DNA from: Bacillota bacterium
Lineage (GTDB): Bacteria > Bacillota > Sulfobacillia > DUMF01
Assembly: GCA_012840015.1 (NCBI GenBank)
Contig: DUMF01000017.1
Coordinates: forward strand, 16,376 to 80,375
DNA length: 64,000 nucleotides
Direction of reading: 5' to 3'
Shown: in pieces, positions 39,431 to 48,396 of the stretch
Position numbering within the stretch: position 1 is the first letter of the stretch
Layout of the letters: each line of letters starts with the position of its first letter
The notes under the pieces: generated by a model
What the model saw: only the letters and a program-made list of their open reading frames with translations
What the model was told of the DNA's origin: nothing
The model's database searches: none
Program-made: the position numbers and the translations under genes

Positions 39431-39811
39431 ATGAGCGAGGAGCGAATCAGATTGGTGATCCCTGGGCGGCCTGTTCCGAAACAACGCCCCAGATTGGGAA
39501 TACGGGGCCGTTCGGCGTACGTGTACACACCAGCCGAGACGGTTGCTTACGAGCAGATGGTCCGGGCAGTTGCGATGACCGTCTGCCGGGCTCCGTATGC
39601 GGGCCCGGTTGAGCTGCGGCTTACAGTGTATTTCCGGAAGGGCCGAACACCTGACCTGACAAACGTGGTCAAGGCAATTGAAGATGGGCTGACCGGAGTT
39701 GCGTACATAGACGACGCCCAGGTGAAACGGGTTGTTGCAGAGATGGATAATGACGAATTTGAGCGGGCAGAAGTGGAAGTGGCGCCGTTTGAGGAGGCAC
39801 AGACGGCGTAA
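39431..39811 (+). CDS. rusA: RusA-family Holliday junction resolvase
   Basis: …IRLVIPGRPVPKQRPR…AYVYTPAETVAYE… is the RusA core. ATG at 39431 has a GGAGGGGGGCGAGGAG RBS and gives about 126 aa. The in-frame upstream ORF from 39266 would add a CxxC…CxxC zinc-ribbon N-extension. Confidence 0.6.
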   Translation: MSEERIRLVIPGRPVPKQRPRLGIRGRSAYVYTPAETVAYEQMVRAVAMTVCRAPYAGPVELRLTVYFRKGRTPDLTNVVKAIEDGLTGVAYIDDAQVKRVVAEMDNDEFERAEVEVAPFEEAQTA

Positions 39812-39967
39812 CTGCTGTACTATCGCAAGATGAGAATGCTCGAAGCACAGACGCCCATACTGTTTTGGGCGATAGTTGGCATAATTGGACTCTACATCCT
39901 TTTAGTCGTGCACCAGGTGCTCAAGTAGTGAAAGAGGGGCAAATCGTCGTGACGGAGGTAAGTCTCC

Positions 39968-40162
39968 GTGGGGGACCCGCAAAACAGCAAGACTGACGTT
40001 GTGGAACTTGCTAGAATGTTGACTGAGAGGCCCCAGATTGCGGCAACGCTTCTTGCAGTTGCCAGAGCGATACTGACGGTCGAGTACGGGGAGATAACGG
40101 TAAAGATGCAGGGGGGCAAGCCAGTGTGGGTCGACTCTGTGAAGAGGGAGAGAGTCGGGTGA
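39968..40162 (+). CDS. Hypothetical small protein
   Basis: GTG start after a GGAGG. Length 64 aa. Confidence 0.2.
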   Translation: MGDPQNSKTDVVELARMLTERPQIAATLLAVARAILTVEYGEITVKMQGGKPVWVDSVKRERVG

Positions 40163-40240
40163 TGCGCAAGGGGTAGTTTTTCACCGATCTTACGCTGCGC
40201 AAGTTATAATAGAGATTGTAGACGACGTATTGGGAGTGCC

Positions 40241-41224
40241 ATGGAAGGTGCTCCCGGGAGGTACCGTTTGGTGGACAGGGACAGGTTGTTTCAACGTGCC
40301 TGCAATTACTTCGCTTTGTGGGAATTGACTGGGCGCCGCCCACAGGTAACGGCGAACCTTTGGAGTCGGATTACCTCAATCACAGATGTCAACGAGCCGT
40401 TGCCATTAGAGTTGGGTACTATGATAGACATCCCTGATTGGACTCCTGCTCGTATCCGCAACGTTCAAAAGCAAGTTGAACGTGCAATGAAAGAAGTTCT
40501 ACGGCGCGGTAGTGACCATATTCTGGAGAAAGGTACTCCTCAGTATCCCAGGTTGTTGGGGCAGATAGATGGTGCTCCTGAGTTTCTCTTTGCTCGTGGT
40601 AACCTAGAGTTACTTGATAGACCTGCTCTCGCTGTTGTTGGCACTAGGAATGCAAGCGAAGAGGGATTGCGACGTGCGAGTAAGCTAGCGTGTTTGCTTG
40701 TGAATCATGGGATTGTGGTAGTGTCAGGTTTGGCGCGAGGAATAGATACAGCCGCTCACCGTGGAGCACTGAGCGTAGGCACAGAGACTATCGCTGTAAT
40801 CGGTACCCCACTCGGTATTACTTACCCTCCTGAAAACGCTGACTTGCAAAAGCAGATTGAGAAAGTAGGGCTAGTTGTAACGCAGTTCTATCCCGGGGCG
40901 GGAATCCGTCGACACTATTTCCCTATGCGAAACGCGGTCATGAGCGGCCTTTGCCTTGGAACCGTAATAGTCGAAGCATCGGAGCATAGCGGGGCTTTGA
41001 TACAAGCGCGCCAGTGTCTTAAACAGGGTCGCAAGTTGTTTATTCCCAAGAGTGCGGTCGAGAATCCGGGGTTAAGGTGGCCTAAAGAGTATTTGAAAAA
41101 GGGAGCTTGTGAATTTAGCACTATTGAGGAGCTTATGGGGATATTGAGAAATGAGCATTTGCTTCCGCCCGAAAACAAGCCGGTCTGTGCAGAATCCCTA
41201 AGACGAATCAAGATGGTTTTATAG
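40241..41224 (+). CDS. dprA: DprA/Smf-family DNA-processing protein (phage-encoded)
   Basis: Rossmann-like DprA core …YPRLLGQIDGAPEFLFARGNLELLDRPALAVVGTRNASEEG… and GLARGIDTAAHRGAL. Length 327 aa. Confidence 0.75.
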   Translation: MEGAPGRYRLVDRDRLFQRACNYFALWELTGRRPQVTANLWSRITSITDVNEPLPLELGTMIDIPDWTPARIRNVQKQVERAMKEVLRRGSDHILEKGTPQYPRLLGQIDGAPEFLFARGNLELLDRPALAVVGTRNASEEGLRRASKLACLLVNHGIVVVSGLARGIDTAAHRGALSVGTETIAVIGTPLGITYPPENADLQKQIEKVGLVVTQFYPGAGIRRHYFPMRNAVMSGLCLGTVIVEASEHSGALIQARQCLKQGRKLFIPKSAVENPGLRWPKEYLKKGACEFSTIEELMGILRNEHLLPPENKPVCAESLRRIKMVL

Positions 41225-41228
41225 CCGC

Positions 41229-42485
41229 GTGTTTACAGAAGTCAACGAAATTAAGTGTGTGATAATAAGGCCACCTAACCCTCCTGGGGTAATGACCAGG
41301 GACGAAGGATGGCACAGGCTTGCCCAGCTGTTTGACTGCATTTTCCTAGTTGACCCTGGTGAAGTTGATTTGTGGAGGAAGTACGGACGTTGTGCAATAC
41401 GACAGCATGTAATCCCGTATGTTCAAGGCAACCTCAAATCTATACTATCCTCTGAGGGCTTGCTTCCGTGCGAAACGGTGTATGTGACCTGGGACCCGAG
41501 TGAACTAAACGATGCAGTAAATGCGCGCGTAGGGACTGTGCTGGTCGGAGATGACTCGCTGGTTTGGGACGGGACTCGGCCGAGAGCATGGCCTGATCTG
41601 CTCGTGAGCGAGTTAGACGGTGTTATTAAGTGCTTAGATCTAGTGCGCCAAGGACGCTTGACAGGGTATGCAGGGGAAGTAGGCGGGACTACATGGAAGC
41701 GGTTCAAACGGGGAAGCGGATGGCTGGTAGCTGGTCCAGACTGCGGCAAGAGTTGTCAGATGCAGATACTCGCTTTGGGTCGGTATTTCCCAACGGGTGA
41801 TGCAAGAGCAGCAAAACACCAATATACCCAAAGATTACTGGAAATGAAGAACGGGTGCGAACGGGTTCTAGCTGAAGTTTTGGGTCGCGTACTTGAGAAA
41901 ATAAAAGAGAACATGCCGTTTCAACTTGTTACAGTAGTGCCTCCAAAGCCTAGTAAACACTACCCTTCCGGCCTTCAGGAAACGGTCGAACGAGCCTGCA
42001 ACGAAGCAGGTCTAGGGGGTCTATTCTGCGACACGGCTTTGATTTGTAAAGAAGACTATCCTTCGCAGAAATGTACATCTTGGAGTGCCCGAGAAGAAAA
42101 CGTAAAGGGCAAGTATGAAGCAAGACTTAAAGGTTCGGAGCGGCACGTAGTCGTTATCGATGACATCTATACCAGCGGGTCGACGATTCGGGAGTGCTGT
42201 AAGCAGCTTTTGCAAGCTGGTGCCGGAGAGGTAACGGGAATTGTATTTGGTGTTGACCAGTGCGTGATTAAGTCTACCGAGGAGAAAAGACTACCTTGTC
42301 GACGACCAGGTTGCAACGGAACATACAGATTCAGATGTAACAGGGCTGACCATACTGCGTTTTGGGGTTGTTCCAAATTCCAGAACGGTTGCAAGAGTAC
42401 ACTTGACTGGGAGGATGGACTGCAGGAGCTCAACAGGATGAATACTGTGCTTGGTAGTGCATACTTTGATGACATACCTTTTTGA
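41229..42485 (+). CDS. ComF-like phosphoribosyltransferase-domain protein with C-terminal topoisomerase-type zinc ribbon
   Basis: PRTase PRPP-loop HVVVIDDIYTSGSTIRE preceded by a ComF-like segment. The C-terminal CRRPGCNGT…CN…GCSKFQNGCKST is a zf-C4_Topoisom-like ribbon. It starts 5 nt after the dprA stop. Confidence 0.55.
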   Translation: MFTEVNEIKCVIIRPPNPPGVMTRDEGWHRLAQLFDCIFLVDPGEVDLWRKYGRCAIRQHVIPYVQGNLKSILSSEGLLPCETVYVTWDPSELNDAVNARVGTVLVGDDSLVWDGTRPRAWPDLLVSELDGVIKCLDLVRQGRLTGYAGEVGGTTWKRFKRGSGWLVAGPDCGKSCQMQILALGRYFPTGDARAAKHQYTQRLLEMKNGCERVLAEVLGRVLEKIKENMPFQLVTVVPPKPSKHYPSGLQETVERACNEAGLGGLFCDTALICKEDYPSQKCTSWSAREENVKGKYEARLKGSERHVVVIDDIYTSGSTIRECCKQLLQAGAGEVTGIVFGVDQCVIKSTEEKRLPCRRPGCNGTYRFRCNRADHTAFWGCSKFQNGCKSTLDWEDGLQELNRMNTVLGSAYFDDIPF

Positions 42486-42770
42486 ATGTTTAATACCTTA
42501 AGCTCGGCTACGCAAAAACGCAAGGCCGATCCCGAAAAAAAAGGGGTCGGCCTTGCGCTCTTGAGAGGGGTGGTCAGGCTGATCTCCGTTGGGGCGTACA
42601 TCGCATACTACCAGCCGTATATTTGGCGGCTGCTGCAGCGCAGATTTGGGCTCCAGGGCTGCAATAAAGATAGAGAGCTGGTCCTGACGGCCGAAGAGGC
42701 GAAGCGGCTGATGCAGCACGACGCCCACAGGCGGGTAAGAGGGGCGATACGGCAGGTGAGGTGGGAATGA
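42486..42770 (+). CDS. Hypothetical small protein (94 aa), third gene of the dprA-comF-like unit
   Basis: ATG immediately after the previous stop. The product is a basic protein. Confidence 0.3.
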   Translation: MFNTLSSATQKRKADPEKKGVGLALLRGVVRLISVGAYIAYYQPYIWRLLQRRFGLQGCNKDRELVLTAEEAKRLMQHDAHRRVRGAIRQVRWE

Positions 42771-43183
42771 CAGTAAGCCCGAAAATGATTGACTGGCTGC
42801 TGTACAATCTGGTCGCGTTGCGGCAGCAGGTCAACGCGCTTGAGCCTAAGACCTCAACTTCGGTTGTGGTCTTGTGCCACCGGGGTGGTCACAATCCGGA
42901 TAGCATGATTGAGCGGGTCGCGATCAGGAGGGCGGCAGTGTCTTCGGTTCTCGATGCCGTTGAACGTGGCATAAGATTGCTGCATCCAGAACAGCGCAGG
43001 ATATATCGGATGAAGTATAGGGCGGGGATGACGTACAAGCAGATCAAGCGACGGCTGTTCCTGAGCGACAAGACCGTGCAGAGAAGAGTGGAGGAGATAA
43101 GGTCGGTGGTGGGCCAGTGCTTGGCATCGGTGCCCCCAGGGGACTTGAAAGAATTTGACCGTTTTTTCAGTTCTGGTCCGTGA
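42761..43183 (+). CDS. ArpU/RinA-like phage late-gene transcriptional regulator (sigma-like)
   Basis: A region-4-like HTH (…YRMKYRAGMTYKQIKRRLFLSDKTVQRRVEEI…). Canonical position upstream of the terminase genes. Confidence 0.45.
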   Translation: MGMTVSPKMIDWLLYNLVALRQQVNALEPKTSTSVVVLCHRGGHNPDSMIERVAIRRAAVSSVLDAVERGIRLLHPEQRRIYRMKYRAGMTYKQIKRRLFLSDKTVQRRVEEIRSVVGQCLASVPPGDLKEFDRFFSSGP

Positions 43184-43363
43184 CCGTTTTTTGTCCACAT
43201 CCGACAGCCGGTGAAGCCTTGCGGCTGTTGGGCTTGAGGCCAGTCGGGTTTTCCAGCAAGTTGTCCACTTTTTGACCGCTTTTTGGCCCCCTACCGTGAC
43301 CACTTTGGGCTATAATCTGAGGCGGGCGAAACTGTCCCAAGCTGCCCGAAGGAGGCGGCTTTT

Positions 43364-43597
43364 TTGTTTCCCAAACCGGTACGCATTATAAGCAGGAGCA
43401 CAGTAGAGAAGGCCCGCAAGCCGTACTGTGACCTCTGCGGCGCTGTGGGTCCCGTGCATGTACACCACATTCGCTCCCGTGGAGCCGGAGGGGATGACGT
43501 GCCGGAAAACCTGATTGCGCTGTGCCCGAGGTGCCATGAGCTGGTCCACCGAGGCAAGATTCCGAGGGAGTGGCTGCTTGATGCTAGACGATCTTGA
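43364..43597 (+). CDS. HNH endonuclease (terminase-associated)
   Basis: CDLCG…HVHHIRSRGAGGDDVPENLIALCPRCHELVH is the HNH motif. Located adjacent to terS/terL. Confidence 0.75.
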   Translation: MFPKPVRIISRSTVEKARKPYCDLCGAVGPVHVHHIRSRGAGGDDVPENLIALCPRCHELVHRGKIPREWLLDARRS

Positions 43598-43805
43598 GAG
43601 ATTCGAGCGTGAACCAGTCGCGCTGCAAAGGACACTTCTTGAAATAGAGAAGCAGATTGCATCTCTGACTCCCGATATTGAGGAGAAAAACCGGGCCTAC
43701 CAGGAGGCCAAGGCGGAATACGAGATTGCAGCGCTGAAGCTCAAGCTTCTTAAGGAACGGCGATCCGCCTTGCAGTCGGTGCTGAAGAGCCTGAGTGTGT
43801 TCTGA
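43581..43805 (+). CDS. Small coiled-coil protein
   Basis: Internal ATG MLDDLERFER…. Heptad-rich sequence. Confidence 0.3.
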   Translation: MLDDLERFEREPVALQRTLLEIEKQIASLTPDIEEKNRAYQEAKAEYEIAALKLKLLKERRSALQSVLKSLSVF

Positions 43806-43848
43806 TGTACGTGTACGCGTACATGTTGGATGTACAGGGGTGTACACG

Positions 43849-44268
43849 ATGAGATCAGTAATCGAAGAGCGCGGGCTTGCGGAGTATGTTCTCTCTCTCA
43901 GGGGAGAGGGGCTAAGCTCGCGGGAAATAGCCAAGCGAATAGAGCAGGAGAAAGGGATACGGTTCGCACACACCACCGTAGCCAAGTTCTTGAAAGCCGT
44001 GCGAGAAGAGAGGCGCCAAATCACGCAGGATGTTGTCCAGCGCATGCTGACTCCGACCGTCCCTGCCGACCTTGAAGCGCTTGAACGGGCAAAGCAAATG
44101 CTCCTTGGGTGGCTAGACATGGACCTCAAGGTAAGGGAAAAACTCCAAGTCATAGACCGCCTAGCGAAAATCATCGAAACCCGGCTTAAGTTTGCTGGCG
44201 CAGAGCCCGAGGAGAACGTTACCGTGAAGCTCTATGACTTCGACGACAGCGCCTATCCGGAAGACTAG
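43849..44268 (+). CDS. terS: Terminase small subunit
   Basis: HTH …LSSREIAKRIEQEKGIRFAHTTVAKFLK…. Located immediately upstream of terL. ATG at 43849 has an AGGGGTG RBS. Confidence 0.55.
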   Translation: MRSVIEERGLAEYVLSLRGEGLSSREIAKRIEQEKGIRFAHTTVAKFLKAVREERRQITQDVVQRMLTPTVPADLEALERAKQMLLGWLDMDLKVREKLQVIDRLAKIIETRLKFAGAEPEENVTVKLYDFDDSAYPED

Positions 44269-45547
44269 CCCCTTTAAGTGCCTTCCTGGCCAGCGGCGGT
44301 TCATGGAGTCCACAGCTCCGGAGCTTCTGTATTCAGGGGCATGGGGTGCTGGCAAAAGCCGGGTGCTGTGCGAAAAGGCGCTGTACCTTGCCCTGAAGTA
44401 CCCGGGCAACTTCGTCGGCATCTGCCGGAAGACGTTCAACGCGCTAAAGCAGACTACAATGCGGACGTTTTTCCGGGAAGCGTGCCCACCAGACCATATC
44501 AAGTCGTGGAACAAGACTGACCATCTCCTCACGCTTAAGAACGGCTCACAGGTGTACTTTTTTGGTCTCGATGACCCGCTGAAGATACAGTCGTTGAACC
44601 TGGGTGCGTGTGGGGTCGACGAGGTCGTGGAGCTAACCGAAGAGGACTGGACTGTGCTCGGAGGCAGGATACGTTTGTCGTCGGTTCCGTTCAGGCAGCT
44701 GTTCGCGGCGACCAACCCGGCGAGTCCAAGCCACTGGCTTTATAAGAGGTTCTACATTGACCGCTCCACGCTTCCGGACGGTCGGCCACTGACCGAAGTG
44801 GTTGAGAGCAACTCGTTGGAGAACCCATACCTGCCACCAGACTATGTCGCAAGGATTCAGACGCTGACTGGGCGATACAGGGAACGGTTTGTCCTGGGGC
44901 GGTGGGTTGGCTTCGAGGGGCTGGTATACGACTGCTTTGATCCCCTGATCCACGTTGTCGATAAGATGCCCGAAGGATGGCAGAAGTGGCCTAAAGTGAG
45001 GAGCATCGATTTCGGGTATGCGAACCCGTTCGTGTGCCAGTGGTGGGCGATCTCACCGGACGACGAGTGGTATCTTTATCGCGAGATCTATTTCTGTCGA
45101 AGACTCGTGTCCGAACATGCAGCTCAAATCAAGGCGTTAAGTGCTGGCGAGACGTATCTGGCAACCTACGCGGACCACGATGCCGAAGACAGGGCCACGC
45201 TTGAAGCGTGCGGCATTCCTACGGTTCCGGCTGTGAAGGACGTTTCGCCTGGTATCCAGGAGGTGTACAGCCGGTTGCAGCCGGATGAAAGGGGCAAACC
45301 GAGGCTGTACTTCTTGAGGGGTGCGCTGGTGGAGCGCGATCCGGCTCTCGTTGAGGCCAAGAAGCCGACCTGCACCATCGATGAGATACAAGGCTATCAG
45401 TACCCGAAGCCGAGGGGCGAACGGAACCCCCAGGAAGAGCCGATCAAACTGAACGACCACGGGATGGACGCAATGCGCTACGCGATTTACTCGTTTGCGA
45501 GTTCGCGAAGAGCCAAAAGGACCCTCGACAAGGTGGTAGTCGTATGA
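44234..45547 (+). CDS. terL: Terminase large subunit (PBSX/terminase_6-like)
   Basis: Walker A SGAWGAGKS and a nuclease-domain acidic residue pattern. Length 437 aa. Confidence 0.85.
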   Translation: MTSTTAPIRKTSPFKCLPGQRRFMESTAPELLYSGAWGAGKSRVLCEKALYLALKYPGNFVGICRKTFNALKQTTMRTFFREACPPDHIKSWNKTDHLLTLKNGSQVYFFGLDDPLKIQSLNLGACGVDEVVELTEEDWTVLGGRIRLSSVPFRQLFAATNPASPSHWLYKRFYIDRSTLPDGRPLTEVVESNSLENPYLPPDYVARIQTLTGRYRERFVLGRWVGFEGLVYDCFDPLIHVVDKMPEGWQKWPKVRSIDFGYANPFVCQWWAISPDDEWYLYREIYFCRRLVSEHAAQIKALSAGETYLATYADHDAEDRATLEACGIPTVPAVKDVSPGIQEVYSRLQPDERGKPRLYFLRGALVERDPALVEAKKPTCTIDEIQGYQYPKPRGERNPQEEPIKLNDHGMDAMRYAIYSFASSRRAKRTLDKVVVV

Positions 45548-47001
45548 CCGACCAGAAACGAGTGTTGACCAAAGCGATAACGATACAGGCAGACCAGCGG
45601 ACATCGGCCGGGGGGTCAAAGCAACTCCCGGCGGATCCGTTTTCGAGGCTTTATTCGGAGTACGGTCTGGTGAGGCCTCCGTATCGCCTCGAGCAGTTGC
45701 TCGAACTCAAGGAGTCGAACCCGATCCACTGTGCCTGCATAGAGCAGAAGAGTTCGGATATTGCTGGCCTGGGTTGGCACTGGGTGCCGAGACAGGGTAT
45801 CGATAAGCCCAACGAAAAGCAGCGCGACGCTCTCGAGGAGTTCCTGGCTGGCTGCAACCCCGAGATGACGTTCCGGGAGATTTTGCAAGCAGTCTGGGAC
45901 GATGTAGAAACGCTCGGGTGGGGCATTGTCGAAGTGGTCCGCAATGCTAAAGGCCTGCCGGCTGAACTGTACCACGTGCCGGGCCACACGGTCCGGGCCC
46001 ACCGTGACGGCGTCCGGCTCTGCCAGATACGGGAGAACAAGATGCGGTGGTTCAAGCGCTTCGGTGCGGAGGGTGAGTACGATCTTGAAACCGGTGAACC
46101 GAGAAACGGGCTGCCCGAGGAAAGGCAGGCCGGCGAGCTCATAGTCATCCGCAAGCCCGGTTCCCGGTCCAGCTACTACGGGATACCGACGTACATCAGT
46201 GCGCTGGGCGCCATCGTGGGCAGCCTGGCAGCCAGGGATTTCAACATTACCTGGTTCCGCGAGAAGACGGTCCCGGATATGGCGCTGATTATCGAAGGGG
46301 CCGATGTATCCGAGAAACTGGCGAACGAGCTCCGGACCTTTTTCAACATTGAGGCACGAGGGCAGCATCATAAACTGCTAATTTTGCCCATCCCTTCGGA
46401 TGCCGGTGCAGAAGTCAGAGCCAGGTTTGAGAAGCTGACTTCCGAGCTCAAAGATGCTTCGTTCCGGCTCTACCGGCACGACAACGCGGTTGAGATCCTG
46501 GTGGCTCACCGCGTTCCGCCTTACAGAATCGGTTGGGCAATCGTCGGTTCGCTGGGCGGTTCTACGGCGAAAGAGATGACTGAGATCTACAAGCGCTCAG
46601 TCATCCAGCCTGGTCAGGAGATTCTCGAGCACAGGCTTAACAATCAACTATTCAAGGCCTTCGAGCCCGGCCTTGGTGAGCTGCAGTGGCGCTGGAAGCT
46701 GGACGAGATAGACCTCTCCGACCAGATGCAGGACCTCGAGTACTCCATCAAGGGCGTGCAGTACGGCATATTTACGCCCAACGAGGCGCGTCAGCATCTA
46801 GGCAAGCAGCCTTATCCGGGCGGAGATGTGTACTACATGCCGCAAGCGCTAATACCGGCCGGCCAGGCTGAAGTGTCCAAGGCCGACGAAGATCCGCGGG
46901 ATAAAGAGTGGGACGACTGGGTTCGGGTACATCATCGCTATGAAAAAGACCTGCGCGACAAGGTGGTCGATTTTTTCGCTCCCAGGCGGAGCGCGTGCTG
47001 A
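45544..47001 (+). CDS. Portal protein
   Basis: 485 aa in the position after terL. Typical portal length with ATGA-type coupling. Confidence 0.75.
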   Translation: MTDQKRVLTKAITIQADQRTSAGGSKQLPADPFSRLYSEYGLVRPPYRLEQLLELKESNPIHCACIEQKSSDIAGLGWHWVPRQGIDKPNEKQRDALEEFLAGCNPEMTFREILQAVWDDVETLGWGIVEVVRNAKGLPAELYHVPGHTVRAHRDGVRLCQIRENKMRWFKRFGAEGEYDLETGEPRNGLPEERQAGELIVIRKPGSRSSYYGIPTYISALGAIVGSLAARDFNITWFREKTVPDMALIIEGADVSEKLANELRTFFNIEARGQHHKLLILPIPSDAGAEVRARFEKLTSELKDASFRLYRHDNAVEILVAHRVPPYRIGWAIVGSLGGSTAKEMTEIYKRSVIQPGQEILEHRLNNQLFKAFEPGLGELQWRWKLDEIDLSDQMQDLEYSIKGVQYGIFTPNEARQHLGKQPYPGGDVYYMPQALIPAGQAEVSKADEDPRDKEWDDWVRVHHRYEKDLRDKVVDFFAPRRSAC

Positions 47002-48017
47002 GAGCGCTTCCGCCGGCAGAGAAGATAGAAAAGGCCTGGTTCGACGGGCTGATTGACCCCGTCGAGGAGCAGAAGAAATTCCTCGAAGCCATACTGCCGG
47101 AACTGCAGAAGATCTTTGCCAAGTTCGCCGAAAAGGCCGCGAAGCAGCATCGAGTCAGTTTCGATCCGTCGGAACCCGCGGCTCTGGAGTGGATCAACGA
47201 GCATGCTTTCGAATTAGTCGAACAAGTCACGGACACCACGGTGGAGCAGCTTCGTGCGACGCTGGAGGAAGGATGGAAGGCGGGTGAGGGCGTAGAGGGC
47301 CTGGCAGAGAGAATCAGGCAGGTCTTCGACCAGGCTACGCGTTACAGGTCCTTTGTGATAGCCCGGACCGAGACTACCGCAGCTGCCAACATGGCACAGA
47401 TAGCCGTGATGGAGCGGGCAGGGGTGCAGTACAAGCAGTGGCTTACGGGCAGGGACGAACGCGTTTGTCCTCTCTGCGGTAGCCTGGACGGCAAAGTAGT
47501 GCGGATAGACGAGGAGTTTGCCCCGGGGATATTCAGCCCACCGGCACATCCGAACTGCAGGTGCACGGTTCTGAGTGCGAGCACAGTTCATAAGCACTTG
47601 CCAGGTCGACATGACCAAAAAAGCCACGGTAGACGAGGTCACGGGCGGCCCACAGTGATTGCGTCTATCGAAAGCGGGGATCTGCGACAGCTTGGATTGT
47701 CTGCAACAAGCACTAAAGTAGTTTTGCGCTCACAAATAAGAGCAAAGATTCTAAGAGATCACCCAGATGATGCTGGATACTTGGATAGAATCAGCGAGGT
47801 TATCGAGGCTTGGGAATATCAAGGGAAGTCTCCAAAACATCCAAGGAGACTCGAGCGATACAAGCAGTTAGACGGTATCTGGTTTACGGCAGTGGTCCAA
47901 TTAGCCGGAGAAACATCTGATTACGTTGACAACTTCGTAGTGACATTCCACAGGCTCGACGAACGAAAGGTACGTAGCCGATACAACAAAGGGAGGATAG
48001 TACCAAGAAGCCATTGA
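46995..48017 (+). CDS. Minor head protein (MuF / SPP1 gp7-like) with ~140-aa C-terminal extension
   Basis: MuF-like core ending …CPLCGSLDGKVV…HPNCRCTV, then an additional basic C-terminal region. Confidence 0.65.
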   Translation: MLRALPPAEKIEKAWFDGLIDPVEEQKKFLEAILPELQKIFAKFAEKAAKQHRVSFDPSEPAALEWINEHAFELVEQVTDTTVEQLRATLEEGWKAGEGVEGLAERIRQVFDQATRYRSFVIARTETTAAANMAQIAVMERAGVQYKQWLTGRDERVCPLCGSLDGKVVRIDEEFAPGIFSPPAHPNCRCTVLSASTVHKHLPGRHDQKSHGRRGHGRPTVIASIESGDLRQLGLSATSTKVVLRSQIRAKILRDHPDDAGYLDRISEVIEAWEYQGKSPKHPRRLERYKQLDGIWFTAVVQLAGETSDYVDNFVVTFHRLDERKVRSRYNKGRIVPRSH

Positions 48018-48339
48018 AGTGATCATGTCGACGTGGTACGATTAAATTGCCCTTGAGGTAGGTAAATGGGGACCTACGCCCTCGCGGAGATGCCGGTCTT
48101 TCCCGTCCGGCCAAGGGTGTTTTTTGTTGCTGTTCGCGAGTACAATAATCTTAGTCGCCAGAGGTGGAAAATCTCCAGCCATACCCCTGATTCACATCAG
48201 GGCAAAAGAGATGCCGGGACGGGAGGTCCGGCCTGGCGACAGCAAGCACCTTGAGGTGGACAACGGCTTCCACACGCCCTCTGGGCCAAAAGGGATGCGG
48301 GACACGCCGGACCCGCCAAGGTGTAGCCTAATATAGACG

Positions 48340-48372
48340 CATAAGGAGCCTTCCTGCAGGGCTCCTTTTCAT
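48340..48372 (+). terminator. Intrinsic terminator inside the morphogenesis module
   Basis: GGAGCCttcctgcaGGGCTCC stem-loop followed by TTTTC. Confidence 0.5.
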
Positions 48373-48396
48373 TTGCCCCGAAAGCGTGGTGATAGC

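Noticed and set aside
39216-39434. 72-aa + ORF upstream of rusA (Arg/Gly-rich)
   Set aside because: It is an alternative frame over the rusA N-extension. Its composition is Gly/Arg/Ala low complexity, and the better RBS supports the RusA frame.
45616-46371. 251-aa minus-strand ORF inside the portal gene
   Set aside because: It is antisense to the portal CDS, sitting in a tightly coupled terL–portal–MuF array with ATGA overlaps.
48066-48336. Two small + ORFs (62 and 70 aa) in the gap after the MuF-like gene
   Set aside because: They are overlapping, Arg/Pro-rich and lack a convincing RBS. The region is better explained as structured noncoding sequence ending in a terminator. A decayed immunity gene remains possible; see findings.
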